From assembly GCA_035368605.1 (NCBI GenBank), contig DAOSLF010000010.1:766-64765 (forward strand): a stretch of DNA of 64,000 nucleotides, written 5' to 3'. Both the position numbers and the translations under genes were made by a program. Of the stretch, positions 10,150 to 17,876 are shown one piece after another. Origin of the DNA: Candidatus Omnitrophota bacterium (GTDB lineage Bacteria; Omnitrophota; Omnitrophia; Omnitrophales; Aquincolibacteriaceae). Within the stretch, counting starts at the first letter, position 1, and each line of letters starts with the position of its first letter. The notes under the pieces were generated by a model. It saw nothing but the letters and a program-made list of their open reading frames with translations. It searched no databases and was not told the origin of the DNA.

Positions 10150-11973
10150 TTATTTAAGTTTCCAGATCAGCAAAAACACCAGAAACAAAAGAATATACAT
10201 CAGGTAAAGCTGGGTATAGCGGATGCGGCTATGCCCCAGTTTTTTGGAGATCTCGTTCGACAAGGCCAGTCCGGGCCGGAATATCATTTCTTCGGAAGCA
10301 TCGTGCACCGAGGACTTCATGTGCGCCTTGCCCGGGAAAACGCCGGTCACCTGTCCCCCGCGCCTCCGGAAAAGCAGGATGTTTTTCATCAGTTCGACGA
10401 TCATCCGGGCAAAGGAAGCGGACGTGTACTGGATTCGCGACGATACCGCCACAAAACCGCAACTCCATGTCTCCCGGACCGGCAGGGGCTTCGTCCCGAG
10501 GAAAAGACGCCGGAGGAGGACGAGTCCCAGGATCAGCGCGAGGAAAAGGAGCGCCATCCGGACCACCGTCGCGAGCGGACCAAGGACAGTCCCGAGCCTG
10601 ACCGCAAAGGCATCGGTATGCGCGAGATAAGTTCCGCCGCCAAAGATCAGGCTCGTCACGGACTGCGGCACAAGACCGATCCAGAGGCATAAGGCCGCGA
10701 GGATCGCCATAGGAAGGAGCATTGAAAACGGCGTGCCCTCGGGCGCGCCGTCCGTTTTGATATCGGTCCGGGGCTTGCCCAGGAAAACAATCCCGTAGAC
10801 CTTGCTGAAACAGGCCAGCGCAAGCGCCCCCATCAGCGCAAGCGAAAGGATCCCGAGCGAACAGGCGACCACCCCCTCGGGCGGAAGTTCCCGGAGCCCG
10901 GTGAAAAGACCGAAATAAATGAGAAACTCGCTCACGAAACCGTTAAAGAGCGGCAGTCCGCAGATCGACAAGGCCCCCGCGAGAAAGAAACCGGCGGTCC
11001 AGGGCATCGTCTTCGCGAGGCCCCCGAGGTGATCCATCTCGCCGGAATGCGTCCGGTGGATGACGGACCCCGCCCCGAGGAAAAGAAGACCCTTGAAAAG
11101 GGCGTGATTCACAACATGCAAAAGCGCCCCGCCGAACCCCAGGACCGCAAGAAACGGGACCTGATGGCTGCGACCCAACAGTCCGACGCCAAGTCCGACC
11201 GCGATGATGCCGATATTCTCGATGCTGTGATAGGCGAGCAACCGTTTCAGCTCGTGCTGGCCGAGCGCGTACAGAACGCCCATCAGACCGGAAACGATGC
11301 CGAGGGCCAAAAGCGTGTAACCACACCAGCCGGGAAGGGTCTTCACGATCCAGAGGACCCGGCAAATCCCGTAGATCCCCATCTTGATCGCGATCCCCGA
11401 CAAAAGCGCGGAGATATGCGCCGGGGCCGCCGGGTGCGCGTACGGCAGCCAGATATGCGTCGGAAGGAATCCCGCCTTGACGCCAAAACCGGCCAGCGCC
11501 AGGAGGAAGGCCAGCGCCGCGACGGCCTGCGGGAAATCCGTTCGCGCCATCACGTCAAAATCCATCGAACCCGCCGCGTGGGCCATTAAAAAGAACATCA
11601 GAAAAAGGAAGAACGTCGCACAATGGGACGCGATCAGATAGATGAATCCCGCCTGCCGCACCGCCGGTTTTTCATCGTCGAAAATAATCAGAAAGAACGT
11701 CGAAAGGGTCATAACCTCCCAGGCGCCGAGAAAAAGAATCGCGTTCCCGGCGGTGACGATAAGGACCATAGCCGCCATAAAAACCAGATAGAAAAACGCG
11801 TGGATCCCGAGAGGCTTCTTTCCCCGGTAAGGACGCAGGTAACCTGTGCCATAGATGGCGCTCGACAAAACGAGAACCACGATCGCCGCGAGGAAGACGA
11901 GGTTCAGGGGATCCAGGCGGAGCGAACATTCGCCAAACGGAACCGTCCAAGGGCCCCGGAAGATTTTTTCCAC
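10150..11973 (-). CDS. NuoL/HyfB-like antiporter-type membrane subunit
   Basis: 607 aa, more than 15 TM helices, proton-pumping antiporter-like core. Confidence 0.8.
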   Translation of the reverse strand: MEKIFRGPWTVPFGECSLRLDPLNLVFLAAIVVLVLSSAIYGTGYLRPYRGKKPLGIHAFFYLVFMAAMVLIVTAGNAILFLGAWEVMTLSTFFLIIFDDEKPAVRQAGFIYLIASHCATFFLFLMFFLMAHAAGSMDFDVMARTDFPQAVAALAFLLALAGFGVKAGFLPTHIWLPYAHPAAPAHISALLSGIAIKMGIYGICRVLWIVKTLPGWCGYTLLALGIVSGLMGVLYALGQHELKRLLAYHSIENIGIIAVGLGVGLLGRSHQVPFLAVLGFGGALLHVVNHALFKGLLFLGAGSVIHRTHSGEMDHLGGLAKTMPWTAGFFLAGALSICGLPLFNGFVSEFLIYFGLFTGLRELPPEGVVACSLGILSLALMGALALACFSKVYGIVFLGKPRTDIKTDGAPEGTPFSMLLPMAILAALCLWIGLVPQSVTSLIFGGGTYLAHTDAFAVRLGTVLGPLATVVRMALLFLALILGLVLLRRLFLGTKPLPVRETWSCGFVAVSSRIQYTSASFARMIVELMKNILLFRRRGGQVTGVFPGKAHMKSSVHDASEEMIFRPGLALSNEISKKLGHSRIRYTQLYLMYILLFLVFLLIWKLK

Positions 11974-12657
11974 TTAGGAGCCCCCGCCTGTTTTTGCTTC
12001 CGCAACCTGGAACGCGGTAAGGATTTCTTCGGGACTTGCGCGGCGGTCCAGGGCCGTTTTCACGGAGAGGTCCTGAAGACAAAAAGCCAACCGGGAGAGA
12101 AGCGACAGATGCCCCCTGAAGGAACCGGACAGGATCACGAACAGGGTGTGAACCCGCTCTCCGTCCGGCGCGGCAAAATTCACCGGCTTTTCGAGAAAAA
12201 AAAGTCCCACGATCGGATCCAGGCCGGCAAAGATCACGGGATGTTTGACGTGCGGGATGGCAATACCGTTCCCGATGCCCGTCGTGCCGACCTGCTCGCG
12301 GGAGATGAGCATCGCCTTCAGGGAAAGCTTGTCGACGGAGGCCGGAAGCGGAAGGGCGTTCAGAACTTCCCCGAAGATCTCGTCGCGTCGCTCCCCTTTA
12401 ACACCGGTATGAACCCCGCCGCGGAGGAGGGCGGGCGTCAGGATATCCTGGCCCGGGCGATTCCTTTCGCAGAGTTTCAGGGCCCCAAGGGTCAGGGGGA
12501 TGCGGTGTTTGAGGGCCCATTCCAGGACTTCCACGGAATTGAACAGGTATTGTCCGTTGGCCTTGACCGCCGGCATACCCCGGTCGTTGAGCCACTGGTA
12601 GAGCGTTTTCTCATCGACCTCGAAAGCCTTTTCAATCTTGCGGAAAGTCAGCTGCAT
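11974..12657 (-). CDS. HTH (excisionase/MerR-like) DNA-binding domain fused to a PTS EIIA type-2 (PtsN-like) domain
   Basis: N-terminal HTH-like segment. C-terminal GIAIPH phospho-His motif of PTS EIIA-2. Its stop abuts the start of the NuoL-like gene (first gene of the cluster). Confidence 0.7.
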   Translation of the reverse strand: MQLTFRKIEKAFEVDEKTLYQWLNDRGMPAVKANGQYLFNSVEVLEWALKHRIPLTLGALKLCERNRPGQDILTPALLRGGVHTGVKGERRDEIFGEVLNALPLPASVDKLSLKAMLISREQVGTTGIGNGIAIPHVKHPVIFAGLDPIVGLFFLEKPVNFAAPDGERVHTLFVILSGSFRGHLSLLSRLAFCLQDLSVKTALDRRASPEEILTAFQVAEAKTGGGS

Positions 12658-13026
12658 ATCATTTCCTGTCCGGTGAGAGACCCGAAAAACAAGGCTCCCC
12701 GGCCCGGTGTTACTTCATGGCACAAAATGATTTGATACAAGGTTGGAGACGCCGCGGACCCTGAACGATCCGTTCACTCATGTTAATCTCATCACAGACA
12801 GCCGATCATTTGCCAAGCTGGCTTTGCGGGCTGATGAAGCGGACATTACAGATCGTAAGACCAAAAGATTTCTTGCCATACGCGTCTACGTGTATTCACG
12901 CATACTAGAGCAAATATAAAAACTGTCAATGCCCCCTCATGGCTTTTCGCGGTATGCGCCGTGTGGCGTATGGCATGTCATACATTCTATTTGATTCCCC
13001 TGTTAAAATCAGTAAGCTTTGTTGCC

Positions 13027-14241
13027 ATGAACTCCCCAAAAAGCAAGGCACTTCGTCTCATCCTCCTCTTCGGATGCGTCAGTCTCTTTGGTGACATCAT
13101 TTATGAGGGCGCGCGCAGCGTCAACGGTCCCTACCTCAAGGTCCTCGGCGCAAACGCTCTTCTCGTCGGCGTCATCGCGGGGATCGGTGAGTTCCTCGGG
13201 TACACGATCCGTCTTTTTTCCGGCTATCTTTCCGACAAGACGCGTTCCTACTGGTTCTTCACGATCCTCGGCTACGCGTTGATCGTCTCGGTGCCGCTCC
13301 TCGCGTTCACGTCCCTCTGGCACGTCGCGGCGCTCCTGATCGTGGCGGAACGGATCGGGAAGGCCCTCCGCAGCCCGGCCAAAGACACGATCCTGTCACA
13401 GGCCACCAAACAGGTCGGCACCGGCTTCGGCTTCGGGCTGAACGAGATGATGGATCAGATCGGCGCGCTCGCCGGTCCGCTCATCTTCACGTTTTTCTTC
13501 CTGTCGAAAGGCGCGGGGGATCGGACGCTCGCGGACTACCAGCACGGCTACGGTCTCTTTTGGATCCCCTTTGCGCTCCTGATGCTCTGCGTGCTCTTCG
13601 CGTGGCGGAGTGTCCCTGACCCCGCGGCGCTCGAGCCTGCGAAAACGAACGAGCCGGACAAGCTCCCGAAGGTCTTCTGGACCTATACAGTGTTCAGTTT
13701 TCTCACAACCATGGGTTTCGTGAACTTCGTCCTGCTCGCCTTCCACTACAAAACACGGCAGGTACTCTCGGACATGGAGATTCCGCTCTATTACGCGATC
13801 GCGATGGGCGTGGACGGCGCCGCGGCGCTCGGCGTCGGAAAACTCTACGATATCCTGAAAGAAAAGAACGGCCACGATCACGGAGGACTCGCGACGCTCA
13901 TCGTGATCCCGGTCCTTTCGGCCCTGATCCCCTTCCTCGCTTTCTCGGGATCGCGGTGGGTCGTGGCCGCCGGGATCATCCTCTGGGGCATCGTCATGGC
14001 CTGCCATGAGACCATCATGAAATCCGCGATCGCAGATATCACGCCGCTCCGGAAAAGAGGCACGGGTTACGGGGTTCTCAATACTGCCTACGGCCTCGCG
14101 ATGCTGACGGGAGGTGTCTTGACGGGTTATCTGTACGACCGGTCCCTCCCTCTTCTGATCGGCGCGACGGTCACACTGCAGATATTCTCTCTTCCCTTCT
14201 TCATGTCGATCCAAAAAAGCGTTGCCGAAACGAAGACGTAA
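13027..14241 (+). CDS. MFS transporter
   Basis: 12 predicted TM helices and the MFS loop motif (GxLSDKxxR-like). Confidence 0.7.
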   Translation: MNSPKSKALRLILLFGCVSLFGDIIYEGARSVNGPYLKVLGANALLVGVIAGIGEFLGYTIRLFSGYLSDKTRSYWFFTILGYALIVSVPLLAFTSLWHVAALLIVAERIGKALRSPAKDTILSQATKQVGTGFGFGLNEMMDQIGALAGPLIFTFFFLSKGAGDRTLADYQHGYGLFWIPFALLMLCVLFAWRSVPDPAALEPAKTNEPDKLPKVFWTYTVFSFLTTMGFVNFVLLAFHYKTRQVLSDMEIPLYYAIAMGVDGAAALGVGKLYDILKEKNGHDHGGLATLIVIPVLSALIPFLAFSGSRWVVAAGIILWGIVMACHETIMKSAIADITPLRKRGTGYGVLNTAYGLAMLTGGVLTGYLYDRSLPLLIGATVTLQIFSLPFFMSIQKSVAETKT

Positions 14242-14431
14242 CCGCCAAACGGTGATTTTCCGGTCGGGAATCCTCCCGGGGAACCGCGGGACCTTCCTGA
14301 AAGCAGGCGGGGGATTTCGGGGAGGCTTTGGCTTTCACAAGGACAGAGACGGCCCGGCCAGCCGCGCCCAGGGCGCTTTTCGCATTCATCTCCGGAAGCG
14401 ATAAGGATGGGACAGCTCGGGATAAAAACGT

Positions 14432-16216
14432 TCAGCTGTTCTGAATGGCGGTCTGGTTCTTGCCGGAAGCCTTGGCTTTGAGCAGGGCCTCCCGGGCCCG
14501 CTGGACAACTTTATCCGGATTTTTTTCACCCGGCTTCAGTACCGCGACGCCGGCACTGACCGTGACATGGAAGGAAGGGTCACCGGCCTTGTCCGTCCTG
14601 AATTCGATCCGCTCAAGCGATTTCCGGATCCGCTCGGCGATGCCGAACGTGACTGTCGCGAGGTTGTATCCCGCGAGAAGCACGATGAATTCTTCGTCTC
14701 CGTAGCGGCCCGCGACATCGGGGACAACGCGGCCTTTCGTCCGGATCGCACCGCGGATCACCTCCGCCACGCGCTTGAGAACGATATTACCCATGCGGTA
14801 CCCGTAAACGTCATTGACTTTTCTGAAATCGTCGATGTCGAGGAGGATGACGGCGAACGGCTTGCGAAAGGTTTGAGCATAACGCATGGCCTGAACCAGA
14901 AATGTCGAGACATAACGCATCACGTAGAGCCCGGTCAGTTCGTCGCGCGCGGCCAGGTTGAGAAAATACATGCGCTCACGACGTTCGGCGATCTTGCCGG
15001 TCACCCCCGAGATCAGGAGAAACAGCGCGATCAAAAGGATCTGCGGGACAACACCGAACCACACGTTCGCTCCGCTGAAAAGCCAGAAAGACAGAAGCGC
15101 CCAGAGGGCCGCCAGGGCCGCCGCGGCGAGCATGGCATAAACACCCCGGATCGAGAGCATCACGGCCCCCGCGGCCAGCGCGACAAGGATCAGGCCGGCG
15201 GCCGCCTCGGCGGACGACGGAATCCGGATGAAATCCTCCGTCAGGATCATGTTGATGATGTTGCCGGTCACGCCGATCCCCGGTGTCGCGGCATCAAGGG
15301 GGGTTCTTTTGAAATCGGAAGCGGTCAGACCGATCAGGCATATCCTGTTCTTGAAATCTTCCGGCCGGATCGGGCTCGTCTGGCCCTTCTGGATTGCCGC
15401 GTACCCGTTCAGGATATCCGCGAAGGGATAATACCCCGAAAGGGCGTTCCATTTTTTCGTCCAGCGAATCATGAGATTGTTATTCCGGTCGAGGGGCAGC
15501 GCGCATTCCGCGGGCGGCGGCACGCTCTTCCCGAGATGGTCATAAGCGACGCGGAAACCAAGGTGCGGCAGCAGGTTCCGGTTGAACTTCACGTAGGGGT
15601 AGGCGCGACGGATCACCCCGTCGGGGTCTGGCGTGTAATTGATGTGGCCGATGCCCCGGGCTTCCGCGGCGTAGAGAGAATCCGACTGGTTCACGTAATA
15701 GTAGTTCCGGAAACCTTCCGATTCAAAGGAAAGGGGCAGGTAGATGTTCCCGGACCTATTGAACTCCGCGAGCAACGCCTCGTTGTCCTCCTGCGAGTCC
15801 CCGGCCTGCGAAAAGAAAAGATTAAAGACGACCGTCTTCGCGCCCCACTCCCGGAGGATGCGGGCCATGGCCGCATAGTAGCGCTTGGGCCAGGGAAACT
15901 GTTTGACGGACTGCAGGCTTTTGCGGTCAATCCCGATGTAAACAATGTCCGGACTGACGGGAGAGTCTCCCTGCGCCTTCAAGAAAATATCGAAAACACG
16001 ATTATCGAGATTCTGCACCCACGCGGTCTGTGAATGCCCGAGGAAGCAGATGAGAACCAGAAGGAAGGAAAGCAGCTGGATCAGACGGAGCGGCGTAAAA
16101 AAAACGACAATCCGCCGCAGCAGCTCGGTCGCGTATCCCTGCCGCCGGCGGACGAGACCTTGGGGCGTCTTTTCCATGAATCCGATACCGCCTTTCCTAG
16201 CTATGGGGTTCTCCAA
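14432..16216 (-). CDS. membrane sensor with periplasmic CHASE2-like domain and C-terminal GGDEF domain (motif reads GDEEF)
   Basis: N-terminal TM, long periplasmic segment, 3-TM block, then a GGDEF fold (DxFKxxND, RYGDEEF). Confidence 0.8.
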   Translation of the reverse strand: MENPIARKGGIGFMEKTPQGLVRRRQGYATELLRRIVVFFTPLRLIQLLSFLLVLICFLGHSQTAWVQNLDNRVFDIFLKAQGDSPVSPDIVYIGIDRKSLQSVKQFPWPKRYYAAMARILREWGAKTVVFNLFFSQAGDSQEDNEALLAEFNRSGNIYLPLSFESEGFRNYYYVNQSDSLYAAEARGIGHINYTPDPDGVIRRAYPYVKFNRNLLPHLGFRVAYDHLGKSVPPPAECALPLDRNNNLMIRWTKKWNALSGYYPFADILNGYAAIQKGQTSPIRPEDFKNRICLIGLTASDFKRTPLDAATPGIGVTGNIINMILTEDFIRIPSSAEAAAGLILVALAAGAVMLSIRGVYAMLAAAALAALWALLSFWLFSGANVWFGVVPQILLIALFLLISGVTGKIAERRERMYFLNLAARDELTGLYVMRYVSTFLVQAMRYAQTFRKPFAVILLDIDDFRKVNDVYGYRMGNIVLKRVAEVIRGAIRTKGRVVPDVAGRYGDEEFIVLLAGYNLATVTFGIAERIRKSLERIEFRTDKAGDPSFHVTVSAGVAVLKPGEKNPDKVVQRAREALLKAKASGKNQTAIQNS

Positions 16217-16317
16217 GAAACAAAACCCCGGCAGCAGTGAACAACGGCAAAAAACTCCCCCGGCTTTACGGAAGTTTTTTCAAAAAAGAGCTATGTGTTC
16301 AGCCTCGCACGCGGAAC

Positions 16318-16347
16318 GTAAATATAACCCCCAAAAGGGCGGGGGCG
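16318..16347 (-). terminator. rho-independent-like terminator after the 130-aa membrane protein gene
   Basis: On the minus strand: GCCCCCGCCCTTTTGGGGG hairpin followed by TTATATTT. Confidence 0.35.
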
Positions 16348-16360
16348 TGGCGGCGCACGG

Positions 16361-16753
16361 CTAGAAAATCATCCCCATCGTCAGGAGCGCCGCGCCGACC
16401 GCCGCTGACGACAGCATGACCACCCGCAGGGCGAGGGGTTCTTCCATGAGCGCGAGGACCATCTCCCGGCATCGCTTCCAGAAAAGGACCCCGGCGATGA
16501 CCTTGAAGAGGGTGAGAAGCATCATAAAGGTCACGACGAACGCGGCCGGAGTCGGAGCGCGGAAGAGCATCCCGATCGTCACGAGGAAGAGGACGGTCCA
16601 GAGGATACCGACATGGAGGACCCATCGCGGCCGGTCCTCTTTCGTGACCGCAAGCGCCATCCGTTTCCGGGCCGCCGGCCGAAAGACGACCCAAAGCCCG
16701 GTGAGGACCATCCAGCTGCCGATCGCGATGCCCAGAATCCTGAAGTAAGTCAT
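16361..16753 (-). CDS. hypothetical 4-TM membrane protein
   Basis: Hydrophobic 130-aa ORF with terminator-like hairpin downstream. Confidence 0.4.
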   Translation of the reverse strand: MTYFRILGIAIGSWMVLTGLWVVFRPAARKRMALAVTKEDRPRWVLHVGILWTVLFLVTIGMLFRAPTPAAFVVTFMMLLTLFKVIAGVLFWKRCREMVLALMEEPLALRVVMLSSAAVGAALLTMGMIF

Positions 16754-16756
16754 GCT

Positions 16757-16823
16757 TAGCCCCCGGTACCGGGTACGGGGTACGGAGCTTGCGTCGACGA
16801 GTTGCTTCCGTGCTCCGTACGCG
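16757..16823. repeat. GC-rich hairpin repeat (GGTACGGAG ... CTCCGTACG inverted units)
   Basis: ggtaccgggtacggggtacggagc ... gtgctccgtacgcgtac. Related copies at 30262-30316 and 37921-37995. Confidence 0.45.
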
Positions 16824-16825
16824 TA

Positions 16826-17038
16826 CTATTCCTTTTTCTTTTTCCGTCCTTCAATGATAAGCGCTACGCCGACCGTGAAGAATGACAGGAATCCGGCGAG
16901 TGAAAGAATCATGTTCTCCATCGTCCCCGCCCAGAATGCGGCCGCGATCAGCGCGATGCCCGGCAGAAACCATTTAAGCCAATAGCTTGATCGAAACATG
17001 CCTCCAGTTTCCTCCATTTCCTCCTCCCCTTCAACCAA
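16826..17038 (-). CDS. small hypothetical membrane protein
   Basis: 70-aa ORF with two hydrophobic helices; weak. Confidence 0.3.
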   Translation of the reverse strand: MVEGEEEMEETGGMFRSSYWLKWFLPGIALIAAAFWAGTMENMILSLAGFLSFFTVGVALIIEGRKKKKE

Positions 17039-17039
17039 T

Positions 17040-17060
17040 ATCCAACCTCGTAGGTTGGAT
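17040..17060. repeat. REP palindrome ATCCAACCTCGTAGGTTGGAT (copy A)
   Basis: 9-bp inverted arms around a 3-bp centre, immediately 3' of the RAYT gene. Confidence 0.7.
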
Positions 17061-17065
17061 ACCGG

Positions 17066-17725
17066 TCATTCCATCATCAAACCCTTGAGAATGGCTGTTT
17101 CCCTTTGAGCATCCCGATGCTTCTCCACAAAGTTTTGATATTCCGCAGATGTAAAATCAAAAACACCTTGAAACGCACAAAGCCCTGGCTCCTGGGACGA
17201 CCGGGACAAATACTCCTGATAGGAAGAGTGCTCCCATTCGCCCGGCTTGTTGACCAGACCGGCGCTCGCAGGATTCAAATGGATATAGCGTGACAAATGC
17301 AAGGCTTGTTCATTTGTTTTGACGCGAACATTTTTGAAGCGCCCCTCCCAAAGGGGTCCTTTCCGCTTATGCCTCAGATTAAAATACCGCGCATAACCAT
17401 TGAGGAGCCTTCCCATGAAAACAGATATACCGTTCGTTGCGGATTGCCTGAGAAACAAATGAATATGGGTCGGCATAAGGCAATAGGCGATAATATGAAC
17501 CAGTCGTTCTTTCTCCCGCCGCTCGGTCATCCGCGGGGTCATGTCCTTTCCAAGCCGTTTGAGCCACGAAAATTTCATGGCAGGATCCGAAACCTGGTGA
17601 AACTCCAGAAGCGATTTCATTCGGTCGAATTCGTCTTTATGGTTAAAAATGACGAATCCCGCGATACTTTTCGTATAAACATGGTAATACTCCCCCGTCG
17701 CCAACGGATCCTTGCGAACCTGCAT
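17066..17725 (-). mobile_element. REP-associated tyrosine transposase (RAYT, IS200/IS605 TnpA-like HUH enzyme)
   Basis: GEYYHVYTK N-terminal motif, HUH motif PTHIHLFL, catalytic Tyr motif YIHLNP. Flanked by inverted REP copies. Confidence 0.8.
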
Positions 17726-17749
17726 CTTTGAATCCTCGATTCCACCGCC

Positions 17750-17769
17750 TCCAACCTACGAGGTTGGAT
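17750..17769. repeat. REP palindrome (copy B, inverted orientation relative to copy A)
   Basis: TCCAACCTACGAGGTTGGAT is the reverse complement of copy A, on the other side of the RAYT gene. Confidence 0.7.
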
Positions 17770-17851
17770 ATGGTTTTAAGTAATATTTTGTTTGCTTATA
17801 ATATAATAACCGAAAGGATCCGTCCACTTTTTCTTGCGCTTCGAGACCGAA

Positions 17852-17872
17852 ATCCAACCTCACAGGTTGGAA
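17852..17872. repeat. REP-like variant ATCCAACCTCACAGGTTGGAA (copy C)
   Basis: Same arms with CAC centre, 5 bp after the stop of the 3601-aa gene. Confidence 0.55.
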
Positions 17873-17876
17873 TTGG

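Noticed and set aside
4904-11973. Interpretation of the NuoB/CD/H/L/M-like genes as a partial respiratory Complex I operon
   Set aside because: Only six subunits are present, in hyf-like (not nuo) order. There are no NuoA/J/K/E/F/G/I genes, and a HyfE-like gene is present. This fits an Ehr/group-4-derived complex better.
14363-14380. Weak GCGCC-CAG-GGCGC-TTTT hairpin as a terminator for the MFS gene
   Set aside because: The stem is only 5 bp and about 120 bp downstream of the stop; not convincing enough to annotate.
14567-16033. 488-aa plus-strand ORF antisense to the CHASE2-GGDEF gene
   Set aside because: GC-composition artifact. The opposite strand carries a clear GGDEF-domain gene.
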